Of a stretch of DNA of 32,000 nt, positions 1 through 7,989 are shown in pieces. How positions within the stretch are numbered: position 1 is the stretch's first letter; every line of letters begins with the position of its first letter. The translations under genes and the position numbers were made by a program. Below the pieces are notes generated by a model that worked only from the letters and a program-made list of their open reading frames with translations, did not search any database and had not been told where the DNA came from. The DNA is from Candidatus Velamenicoccus archaeovorus (lineage in GTDB: Bacteria > Omnitrophota > Gorgyraeia > Velamenicoccales > Velamenicoccaceae), in NCBI RefSeq assembly GCF_004102945.1, contig NZ_CP019384.1:330001-362000 (forward strand), read 5' to 3'.

Positions 1-188
1 CGGATATCTCTATCCAGGCCAAAGAGATATTGAGGCTGCGCGAGATGCTGGAAAATATCCTTTGCAAGCATACCGGCCAGCCGCTCGACCGCATCAAGAA
101 AGATTCCGACCGCGACTACTTTATGTCGTCGGAGGAAGCTCGGGCTTACGGCTTGATTGACGAAGTGATTGTGCCGGCAATGAAGTAG
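1..188 (+). CDS. clpP: ATP-dependent Clp protease proteolytic subunit, 3' end (5' part lies outside the window)
   Basis: Frame 3 reads [61 protein letters not shown], with stop TAG at 186-188. The RDYFMS..EA..YGLID tail is the typical ClpP C-terminus. Confidence 0.85.
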   Translation, partial: DISIQAKEILRLREMLENILCKHTGQPLDRIKKDSDRDYFMSSEEARAYGLIDEVIVPAMK

Positions 189-368
189 GAGATAAACACC
201 CAAACAATTCTTAAATAACCAAGCTCCAAGATACAATCATCAAACAATAACCAATCACCGGAATCCAATAACCAAATAGTATCGTTGTTTGTTTGATTAT
301 GGGTGATTGTGATTTGGAATTTGTTTGGAACTTGTTTCTTGGTTGTTGGTGATTCACAGGAGGGTCCT
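189..368. repeat. Low-complexity spacer: A/C-rich 5' half followed by G/T-rich 3' half, with three direct copies of AATAACCAA
   Basis: AATAACCAA occurs at 214-222, 246-254 and 267-275. CAATCACC (252-259) is complementary to GGTGATTG (302-309), and GGTGATT recurs at 348-354. GTGATTTGG is at 309-317. The two halves are imperfectly complementary. Confidence 0.6.
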
Positions 369-1505
369 ATGAAAAAAAATTATTTATTGACGCCGGGTCC
401 GACGCCTCTTCCGCCGGAAGTCTGCGAGGCGCTTTCGCGTCCGATCATCCATCACCGCACGCCGCAGTTCCAGACCGTCTTGAAAGAGGTCCAGGAGAGC
501 CTGAAGGCCGCTTTTCAGACCAAGAACGATGTGTTTATCCTGACGTCTTCGGGGACGGGGGCCATGGAATCTGCCGTGGTCAACCTTCTTTCTTGGGGAG
601 ACAAGGCCCTGGTGATCCAGGGGGGGAAATTCGGAGAGCGCTGGACGGAGCTGTGTCAGGCCTACGGCGTCAAGCCAATCGTCATCGACGTCGAGTGGGG
701 CAAGGCCCTTGACCCGCAGATCCTTAAGGATTATCTGGCCAAGGAACCGGCGATCAAGGCGGTCTTTTCGACGTTATGCGAGACGTCGACGGGCGTGGCG
801 TTTGATATCAAGGGTTTTGCCCAAGTTACCAAAGAGACCGGCGCCGTTCTTGTCGTGGACGCGATCAGCGGGCTGGGCGCCATCGACCTTCAGATGGATG
901 CATGGGGAGTGGACGTCGTCGTCTCCGGCTCTCAAAAAGGGTTCATGCTGCCGCCGGGGCTGGCGTTCATCTCCGTCAGCAAAAAAGCCTGGAAGCTTGT
1001 CGAAGAATCCAAGTGCCCCAAGTATTATTTCGATTTGAAGAGCGCCAAGAAGGCCTGCGACAAGACCGATACGCCGTTTACACCGGCGATCGGCATCGTC
1101 ATCGCCCTCAACGAAGCGCTCAAGATGATGAAGGCCGAGGGGTTTGAGAACATCTTTGCGCGTCACAAGAAGCTTGCGGATGCCACGCGCGCGGCGATGC
1201 CGGCGTTGGGCCTTTCGCTTTTTTCGACGGATGCCGCTTCGGATGCCGTGACGGCTGTCAGGGTCCCCGCGGGCATCGACGGGGAAAAGCTCGTCAAGAC
1301 CATGCGCGATGAATACGGCGTGACCATGGCCGGAGGCCAGGGGGAGATGAAAGGCAAGCTCTTCAGGGTCGCGCACATGGGTTATATCAGTGAGTTCGAC
1401 ATCATTCTCGGGATCGCCTGTCTGGAGAAGGTGCTGAAGAAGATGGGGCATGCCTTTGAGCTGGGCGCCGGAGTGAAGGCGGCGCAGGAAGTGCTTCTGA
1501 AATAG
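369..1505 (+). CDS. Class-V (SGAT/AGAT-type) PLP aminotransferase, probably acting as phosphoserine aminotransferase
   Basis: ATG at 369 is preceded by CAGGAGGG (357-364). The N-terminus is LTPGPTPLPPEV and the PLP-lysine motif is SGSQKGFMLPPG. It lies directly upstream of serA. The ORF-track start at 303 (GTG) runs through the low-complexity spacer and is unlikely. Confidence 0.85.
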   Translation: MKKNYLLTPGPTPLPPEVCEALSRPIIHHRTPQFQTVLKEVQESLKAAFQTKNDVFILTSSGTGAMESAVVNLLSWGDKALVIQGGKFGERWTELCQAYGVKPIVIDVEWGKALDPQILKDYLAKEPAIKAVFSTLCETSTGVAFDIKGFAQVTKETGAVLVVDAISGLGAIDLQMDAWGVDVVVSGSQKGFMLPPGLAFISVSKKAWKLVEESKCPKYYFDLKSAKKACDKTDTPFTPAIGIVIALNEALKMMKAEGFENIFARHKKLADATRAAMPALGLSLFSTDAASDAVTAVRVPAGIDGEKLVKTMRDEYGVTMAGGQGEMKGKLFRVAHMGYISEFDIILGIACLEKVLKKMGHAFELGAGVKAAQEVLLK

Positions 1506-1550
1506 ACAAGAGGATTACGACGGTCAGCGGTAGAACAACGGAGAAGTTTT

Positions 1551-3137
1551 ATGTTTAAGATATTGGTGAGCGATGCGTTATCGGAAGAGGGGCTCGGGGT
1601 TTTGAAGAGCTCCAAGGATTTTGTCGTCGATGTCAAGACGGGGCTCAAGGCCGATGAATTGAAAGGGATTGTCGGGGACTATGACGCCCTTGTGGTCAGG
1701 AGCGCCACGAAAGTGACCGCCGAGGTCATCGAGGCCGGCAAGAAGCTCAAGATCGTCGGCCGCGCAGGCGTGGGGTTGGACAACGTGGACCTGGCGGCGG
1801 CGACGGCCAAGGGCATCATCGTCATGAACACGCCGGGCGGCAACACCATATCGACGGCAGAGCATACGATGAGCCTGATTATGTCTTTATCGCGCAATAT
1901 TCCGCTGGCGGACGCATCCATGAAAAAAAAGGAATGGAAGCGCAAGGATTTTATGGGTGTTGAGCTTTATAACAAGACCATCGGCATCGTCGGCCTGGGC
2001 CGTATCGGCATGGAAGTCGCCAAACGGTGCCTCGCTTTCGGGATGCGCGTCAAGGCCTACGATCCGTTTTTGTCCCGCGAGGTGGCTGAGAAGATAGGGG
2101 TCGAACTGGGGACCCTGGAAGATGTTTACCGTGCCGCCGATTACATCACCGTGCACGTGCCTCTGACCGAAGAGACCAAGGGCATGATTTCCGACAAAGA
2201 AATCGGGATGATGAAGGGCGGCGTCCGCCTGATTAATTGCGCGCGCGGCGGCATCATCGACGAGCAGGCCTTGGCCCGCGGCCTTGAATCCGGAAAAGTC
2301 GCCGGCGCTGCGCTGGATGTGTATGTGGAAGAGCCTCCCAAGGATTGCCCGCTGGCCAAATTCGGCGCCAATGTCGTTTTGACGCCGCATCTGGGGGCAT
2401 CCACCGAAGAGGCGCAGGTGAATGTGGCGATCGAGATCGCGCACCAGATTTCCGACGCCCTCCTGGGCAAAGGGATCCGCAACGCCGCCAATTTCCCGTC
2501 CGTCGACCCGGAAACCTATCATGCCTTGCAGCCTTATATCAACCTCTGCGAGAAACTCGGGTCTTTCACAAGCCAGATCGCGCAAGGGGCGTTGACGGAA
2601 GTGAACGTGACATATAGCGGCGATATCGCTGCTCACGATACGGCGCCTCTGACCATGGCGTTGATGAAGGGCCTCTTGTCTCCGATGCTTCAGGATACCG
2701 TGAATTTCATCAATTCCCTTTCCCTGGCCAAAGACCGCGGCATCCGTACGACGGAACTCAAGTCCCTGCAGTCCGAAGAATTCGTGACCTTGGTATCTCT
2801 GGAGATCAAGACCGACAAGGAGACTCATCGCGTTGCCGGAACCCTTTTGTCCAAGAGCGACCCGCGCATCGTCAAGGTGGATGAGTTTTATGTCGAGGCG
2901 ATCCCGTCGGGCTGCATGCTCCTCATGCAGAATTGGGATAAACCCGGCATCATCGGGAATCTCGGCAAACTGATGGGAGAGCATAATATCAATATCGCGG
3001 CGATGTCTTTCGGCCGGGAAAAGCAGGGGGGGCGCGCGATGTCCGTGTTGAACGTCGACAGCTGCGTGAGCGCCGAGCTGCTGGAAAAGGTCAAAAAACA
3101 ACCGCATATCCTCTCGGCCAAAATCGTCGAGCTGTAA
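1551..3137 (+). CDS. serA: D-3-phosphoglycerate dehydrogenase (long form with C-terminal ACT domain)
   Basis: 528 aa. Shows the NAD-binding GIVGLGRIGMEVA, plus CARGGIID and TPHLGAST motifs and a C-terminal regulatory region. RBS GGAGA lies upstream of the ATG. Confidence 0.92.
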   Translation: MFKILVSDALSEEGLGVLKSSKDFVVDVKTGLKADELKGIVGDYDALVVRSATKVTAEVIEAGKKLKIVGRAGVGLDNVDLAAATAKGIIVMNTPGGNTISTAEHTMSLIMSLSRNIPLADASMKKKEWKRKDFMGVELYNKTIGIVGLGRIGMEVAKRCLAFGMRVKAYDPFLSREVAEKIGVELGTLEDVYRAADYITVHVPLTEETKGMISDKEIGMMKGGVRLINCARGGIIDEQALARGLESGKVAGAALDVYVEEPPKDCPLAKFGANVVLTPHLGASTEEAQVNVAIEIAHQISDALLGKGIRNAANFPSVDPETYHALQPYINLCEKLGSFTSQIAQGALTEVNVTYSGDIAAHDTAPLTMALMKGLLSPMLQDTVNFINSLSLAKDRGIRTTELKSLQSEEFVTLVSLEIKTDKETHRVAGTLLSKSDPRIVKVDEFYVEAIPSGCMLLMQNWDKPGIIGNLGKLMGEHNINIAAMSFGREKQGGRAMSVLNVDSCVSAELLEKVKKQPHILSAKIVEL

Positions 3138-3146
3138 TCCTTCGCA

Positions 3147-3174
3147 CCTGCCTGCCTACCGGTAGGCAGGCAGG
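3147..3174. terminator. Perfect 28-nt GC-rich palindrome (hairpin) downstream of serA
   Basis: CCTGCCTGCCTACC/GGTAGGCAGGCAGG is exactly self-complementary. There is no clear T-run afterwards, so terminator function is inferred from position only. Confidence 0.5.
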
Positions 3175-3264
3175 GAAATCCCCGGGTCCATCCTCTATTC
3201 TTCTATATGGAATGAGGAAGGTTTTCTTGGGAGTTAACCGTGTGAGTATCATATAGGAGGACGC

Positions 3265-5073
3265 ATGCCGCGTCTCTTGAAGATCCTCGGCTGTTCGACC
3301 GCATATATCGGATTATTATTTATTTTCTCCGGCGCGGCGATCGCTGAAGAACTTAATATTATTTTTACCGGGCAGTCTTTTGCCGCCCTTTATCCTTGCG
3401 ATTGCCGTGTGGAGCCGGATGGCGGCGTCGCCAGGAGGGCGACCTTGATCCGGGACTTTCGCAAACAGATGAAGAATGTCCTTGTCCTGGAGGCGGGTTC
3501 GAGCCTGGCCTCAGGGCCCGATGATGGCAACACGCAAGGGGAAGAGCTGGACAAAAAACGCAGCGGTATCTATCTGGAAGCCGTGAAGCTGATGGCCTAT
3601 GATGCCATCCTCGTCGACAGACAGGACTTTTCTTTCGGGGAGAAATTTATTGAACCTTATACCAGGAACCTGCCTTTTGTTTCCTCTAATATCGCCGGTT
3701 CTTTTGCGCCGTTTATCATCAAGGAGTTCGGCGATTTGCGGGTGGGTATTATCGGGATCACCGAGGCCTCCGCCGTTAAAAAAGGCGCCAGAGATTGGCG
3801 GGAGCCGGCTGTGGTTTTGCGCCAGCTCATCCCCGAGCTCAAGAAGAAGGGTGTGGGGATTATTATCCTCCTGAGCGCGCAGACGCCCCAGGAAGATGAG
3901 AAGATGCTCAAAGACATCCATGGGGTCGATATTGTGATCAACGGAAGTAAGAACTACGGCTCCGTGACTCCTCGTGAAGTCCAGGGGACGGTTTATCTGC
4001 AGACATGGTGGCAGGCCAGAAGAGTGGGGGCCTTGAATCTTAAAATCTCGGACGGGAAGATCAGCCGGGTGGATTTTTCAGTCCCGCCGCTTGTTTCCGG
4101 CATTCCCGATGACGGCGCCGTGGCCTTGCTTTTGCCCCAGTGTTTCAAGACGGCCGATTGCCGACGGATGCAGGGATTTTCCGCTTCTTGCCTGAACGGC
4201 AGTTCCAAGGAAGCGCGTTGTTCCTATGTGGCGCTGCCGCGCGTGACCTTGACGGTGATCAACCCGAAGGACTGCTTGACGTGCCGCGGCGACGCCGTCA
4301 TTGCAGATCTCAAAGACATCTGGGGCGACATGAATGTCGTCTCCATTGACGAGAGCGATCCCCAGGCGCAGGCATTTATCAAGGATTTTAACATGAAGAT
4401 GCTTCCGGCCTATATCTTTCATAAGGACGCCGAACAGAGTGATGCCTTTAAGGCATTCCGTTCCAATCTTGAAGAGAAGAACGGCTATTATAGGATTAAG
4501 CCGGCTGTCGCCGGTGTGTCTTATGTCATGGGACGGCAAAGGACATCCCGGACCATCGACGTTTTTTACGATTACCGCTATCCTGCGCTGCGTTCTCTCT
4601 TCGAGCTCTTGTCTGCTTTTGCGCATAAGCATCCGGATTTCCAGATCAATTGGCATTTTCTGGCCGTCTTCGATCGTGATAAGGGTTTTATGAACCTGGG
4701 GTCTGCGGCGGATATCGAAGAATTCAAGCGCGTGGCCTGTGTCGAGAAATTTTATCCCAAGCGTGTCTTGGACTATTTGATTTGCAGGACCAAACAGGTG
4801 GACGCCGGCTGGTGGGATGAGTGCGCCAAAGAGGCGGGAATAGATTCCCGCAAGATCAAATCCTGCGCTTTGTCTGACGAGGGTGCCGCTCTTCTCAAGG
4901 AGCGTATCCGCATGACGGAGGAATTGGAAATAGCGTCAGGGCCGACATTTGTTGTTGACAACGTCGAAATTTTTGGTATCGTCAATGTGCCGTCATTGAA
5001 AGAGCTTGAAGAGACGGTGATGAGAAAGGATGTTCCGGCAAGAAGAGGTTCGGCGGCCGGAGGAAAGAAGTGA
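3265..5073 (+). CDS. Secreted multidomain protein of unknown function: UshA/5'-nucleotidase-like N-terminal region with a C-x-C motif, a Cys-rich linker and two thioredoxin/DsbA-like modules
   Basis: Strong RBS AGGAGG before ATG 3265. Signal peptide ...LLFIFSGAAIA/EE. YPCDCRVEPDGGVARRATLI occupies the place of the metallophosphatase metal motif. Cys-rich segment CFKTADCRRMQGFSASCLNGSSKEARC. CLTC (CxxC) at 4273-4284. The C-terminal GPTFVVDNVEIFG resembles DsbA-family ends. Domain calls rest on my recognition of motifs, not on a search. Confidence 0.7.
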   Translation: MPRLLKILGCSTAYIGLLFIFSGAAIAEELNIIFTGQSFAALYPCDCRVEPDGGVARRATLIRDFRKQMKNVLVLEAGSSLASGPDDGNTQGEELDKKRSGIYLEAVKLMAYDAILVDRQDFSFGEKFIEPYTRNLPFVSSNIAGSFAPFIIKEFGDLRVGIIGITEASAVKKGARDWREPAVVLRQLIPELKKKGVGIIILLSAQTPQEDEKMLKDIHGVDIVINGSKNYGSVTPREVQGTVYLQTWWQARRVGALNLKISDGKISRVDFSVPPLVSGIPDDGAVALLLPQCFKTADCRRMQGFSASCLNGSSKEARCSYVALPRVTLTVINPKDCLTCRGDAVIADLKDIWGDMNVVSIDESDPQAQAFIKDFNMKMLPAYIFHKDAEQSDAFKAFRSNLEEKNGYYRIKPAVAGVSYVMGRQRTSRTIDVFYDYRYPALRSLFELLSAFAHKHPDFQINWHFLAVFDRDKGFMNLGSAADIEEFKRVACVEKFYPKRVLDYLICRTKQVDAGWWDECAKEAGIDSRKIKSCALSDEGAALLKERIRMTEELEIASGPTFVVDNVEIFGIVNVPSLKELEETVMRKDVPARRGSAAGGKK

Positions 5074-5080
5074 GGTCGTC

Positions 5081-6331
5081 ATGACAAAGAATGGGAGACA
5101 AAATAAGATCTATCTCTTGGATGTGACCAACAGGGATGGGGTGCAGACATCGCGCATCTGTCTTTCGAAGCTGCAGAAGACGATGATCAATATCCTCTTG
5201 AACAAGATGGGGGTTGCCCAGTCGGAGTTCGGTTTTCCCGTCACGCGCCACGAGGTCAATTACCTTAATGCGAATTTGGAACTGGCCGCGATGGGCGTTA
5301 TTTCTCCTTTGCGCCTCAGCGGTTGGTTGCGCGCGACGAAGGAAGATGTAACGACGACCTTTCGCAACGTGCCGGGGATCAAGTCTCTCAATCTTTCGAT
5401 TTCCACATCGGACCAGATGATCATGAACAAATTTAAGGGGAAGCTGGACCATGTCTCCGTCATTCGCGAGATGACAGAAGCCACGCGCCTGGCGCGCGAA
5501 TTGGGAGCGGAGACGATCGGCGTTAACGCCGAAGATGCCTCCCGTACCCGCATTGAATATCTTATCGAGTTTTCCCTGGCGGCAAAAGCCGCCGGCGCCG
5601 ACCGTATCCGTTATTGCGACACCCTGGGGTGCGATACGCCTTTTTCGATCTATGAACGTATTCATAAACTGGCGGAGGCGGTGCAGCTCCCCATGGAGAT
5701 CCATTGCCATAATGACCTGGGAATGGTGGTGGCTAATTCTGTCGCTGGTGCCAAGGCCGCCGTGGACGCCGGTGTTGATACCTATATCAATACCTGCGTG
5801 AACGGGATGGGGGAGCGCGCCGGCAATGCCGATCTGGTCAGCTGTATCCTGGCGATCCGTTATGGCGCCGATATGGCGGGCGCGTATGCCTTGGATGAGA
5901 AGATTGATTTGAAGAAGGCTTGGAAGATCTGCAAGTATGCCTCCTACGCGTTCGGCGTCTCGATACCCATCAACCAGCCGGGCATCGGCGCCAACGCTTT
6001 TGCCCACGAGTCCGGGATCCATGCCGACGGGGCTTTGAAGGACCGGCGCAATTATGAGCTTTATGATTTTGAAGAGCTCGGCCGCGGCGAGCCCGAGATC
6101 ATCGACACGGGCCGCCAGATCACCGCCGGCGAATACTCCGGCATCAAGGGGTTTCGCAATGTCTATGACAAGATGGAGATCGTTTTCCATGACGATGCCG
6201 AAGCGGCCAGGGTCCTGGAGCTCGTGAGGTACGCCAACGTCCATAACCAAAAGCCCCTCGTGGAAGATGAGTTGCGTTTTGTGGCGGAGTATCCGGAGGT
6301 CGCCAGAAAAATTTTCACGATGACACCGTAG
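5081..6331 (+). CDS. HMGL-like aldolase/synthase (2-isopropylmalate/homocitrate/citramalate synthase family), with no LeuA-type regulatory C-domain
   Basis: ATG 5081 lies 7 nt after the upstream stop and has GGAGGAAAG upstream. Motifs: LLDVTNRDGVQT (variant of DTTLRDGEQ), EFGFP, HCHNDLGMVVANS and NGMGERAGNA. Exact substrate is not assignable. Confidence 0.8.
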   Translation: MTKNGRQNKIYLLDVTNRDGVQTSRICLSKLQKTMINILLNKMGVAQSEFGFPVTRHEVNYLNANLELAAMGVISPLRLSGWLRATKEDVTTTFRNVPGIKSLNLSISTSDQMIMNKFKGKLDHVSVIREMTEATRLARELGAETIGVNAEDASRTRIEYLIEFSLAAKAAGADRIRYCDTLGCDTPFSIYERIHKLAEAVQLPMEIHCHNDLGMVVANSVAGAKAAVDAGVDTYINTCVNGMGERAGNADLVSCILAIRYGADMAGAYALDEKIDLKKAWKICKYASYAFGVSIPINQPGIGANAFAHESGIHADGALKDRRNYELYDFEELGRGEPEIIDTGRQITAGEYSGIKGFRNVYDKMEIVFHDDAEAARVLELVRYANVHNQKPLVEDELRFVAEYPEVARKIFTMTP

Positions 6332-6337
6332 AAAAAG

Positions 6338-6372
6338 AGTAAATAGTAGACAGTAGATAGTCGTCAGTAAAA
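6338..6372. repeat. Five tandem 7-nt units AGTNNNN
   Basis: The units read AGTAAAT AGTAGAC AGTAGAT AGTCGTC AGTAAAA in the spacer upstream of purA. An A-rich tract follows (6373-6403). A T-rich partner (6435-6454) contains TTACTGA, which is complementary to TCAGTAA (6365-6371). Confidence 0.6.
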
Positions 6373-6465
6373 AACAAAATACAAAGACAAAAAAGAAGAC
6401 ACCGTTTCTAAAATTAATAAGTTTTATGGGAACTTTTATTTTTTCTTACTGACTGCCAGGATGAT

Positions 6466-7737
6466 ATGAACACTATACTGATCGGGTTGCAATGGGGCGA
6501 CGAAGGCAAAGGGAAGGTGATCGATATCCTTTCCCGGGATGCCTCTTATGTCGTCAGATACCAGGGGGGCAATAACGCCGGGCACACGGTTGTCGTCAAC
6601 GGTGATTCTTTTATTTTCCATCTTTTGCCCTCCGGCGTCCTTCATCCGGGCAAAATCTGTGTCATCGGTAACGGCGTGGTCGTGGACCCCGAGGTCCTTT
6701 TGGCCGAATTGGATCTTTTGAAGAAGAAGGGGATTGATATGCGGGACCGCCTCAGGATTTCTGAGCAGGCCCATGCGATTTTTCCGTACCACAGGATCCT
6801 GGACGGGTTAAGAGAAAAGAAGCGGGCCAACAAGATCGGCACGACGGGCCGGGGCATCGGGCCCTGTTACTCGGATAAGTTTGCCAGGTGCGGTATCCGC
6901 ATGGGAGACCTTGTGAACAGCCGCACGCTGCGCGAAAAACTCCTGGATAACCTTAATGAAAAAAACGAGATCTTCAAGAAGGTCTTTCGGCATCCGGGAT
7001 TTTCTTTCGACGACATTTTCGACGCATATGTGTCGTACGGCAGGAAACTCAAAAGTTTCATCTGTGATACGGCGACGCTCCTGAACGAGGCAACGCGCGA
7101 AAGGAAATCCATCCTTTTCGAGGGGGCACAAGGGACTTTTCTGGATATCGACTTCGGGACCTATCCTTTTGTCACGTCTTCCAATTCCATTTCGGCGGGG
7201 GCGTGCACGGGGACGGGGGTTCCCCCGACGAAGATCGACAAAGTCGTCGGTGTCGTCAAGGCCTATACGACCCGCGTCGGCGAAGGGCCGTTCATTACGG
7301 AGTTTCCCCGGGCGTTGGATGAACAGATCCGCTGCAAAGGGCAGGAATTCGGCGCGACCACGGGCCGCCCCAGGCGCTGCGGATGGTTCGACGCCGTCAT
7401 GGTGCGGCATGCCGTGATGATCAACGGCGCGGATTCTTTGGCCATGATGAAACTCGACGTCCTCGATCACATGAAGACGATCCGGATATGCGTGGCTTAT
7501 AAATACAAAGGAAAGGTTTTCCGTTTTTTTCCGAACGATCTGGAAGTCATGCAGAAAGCCAGGCCAGTCTATGAGGTCTTCAGCGGCTGGCAAAAGAACA
7601 CGGCGCATGTCAGGTCTTATAAAGGCTTGCCGCAAAAAGCCAGGGATTATATCGGGGCGGTCGAAGACCTTTGCCGGGCATCCGTCACCATTGTTTCCGT
7701 GGGCTCAGGGCGGGAGGCGACGCTGTTTAAGCCGTAG
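6466..7737 (+). CDS. purA: Adenylosuccinate synthetase
   Basis: Shows the P-loop QWGDEGKGKVID, YQGGNNAGHTV and GTTGRGIGPCY. Full length, 423 aa. Confidence 0.96.
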   Translation: MNTILIGLQWGDEGKGKVIDILSRDASYVVRYQGGNNAGHTVVVNGDSFIFHLLPSGVLHPGKICVIGNGVVVDPEVLLAELDLLKKKGIDMRDRLRISEQAHAIFPYHRILDGLREKKRANKIGTTGRGIGPCYSDKFARCGIRMGDLVNSRTLREKLLDNLNEKNEIFKKVFRHPGFSFDDIFDAYVSYGRKLKSFICDTATLLNEATRERKSILFEGAQGTFLDIDFGTYPFVTSSNSISAGACTGTGVPPTKIDKVVGVVKAYTTRVGEGPFITEFPRALDEQIRCKGQEFGATTGRPRRCGWFDAVMVRHAVMINGADSLAMMKLDVLDHMKTIRICVAYKYKGKVFRFFPNDLEVMQKARPVYEVFSGWQKNTAHVRSYKGLPQKARDYIGAVEDLCRASVTIVSVGSGREATLFKP

Positions 7738-7817
7738 GCAAAGACGTCTTGGGCGGCAGGGAGGGATCCTTGAGGGGCTGGAGTTTCCCGGATGGATTTT
7801 TGAACAAGAACTTTGAC

Positions 7818-7846
7818 TTGACGAAAATCAGGAGCCGTGTTATCTT
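7818..7846 (+). promoter_or_regulatory. Candidate sigma70-type promoter for the OmpA-like gene
   Basis: TTGACG (7818-7823), a 17-nt spacer, then TATCTT (7841-7846). It sits in a 252-nt spacer. Other AT-rich alternatives exist downstream, for example the GAATATTTT direct repeat near 7889-7909. Confidence 0.3.
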
Positions 7847-7989
7847 GAGTTTTGCCTCATTTTTTTAAACCGTTAACTTTTTGCCTTAGAATATTTTGCG
7901 AATATTTTAAAGAGAGACTCCTCGCCAGAACACTTGTTGATTTTTGCACCGGAAGAACCTAAATTTACGGGTAAAATGAAGGAGGATGT

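Noticed and set aside
303-368. N-terminal extension of the aminotransferase (GTG 303, MIVIWNLFGTCFLVVGDSQEGP)
   Set aside because: The extension is a translation of the G/T-rich low-complexity spacer. ATG 369 has a strong SD, and the homologous N-terminus begins at MKKNYLLTPGPTP.
4982-6250. A 422-aa minus-strand ORF opposite the HMGL-family gene. The 406-aa ORF at 1887-3107 opposite serA and the ORFs at 10546-11064, 11191-12189, 25230-26276 and 27158-27988 are of the same kind.
   Set aside because: All are antisense shadows of strongly supported + strand genes. None has convincing start context or motifs.
7738-7989. tRNA, tmRNA or RNase P in the larger spacers (7738-7989, 10340-10614 and 12193-12435)
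   Set aside because: By eye I found no T-loop (GGTTCGAATCC-like) motif, no acceptor/T-arm pairing, no GAGGAAAGTCC RNase P motif and no tmRNA 5' end. This remains unverified without tRNAscan or Infernal.
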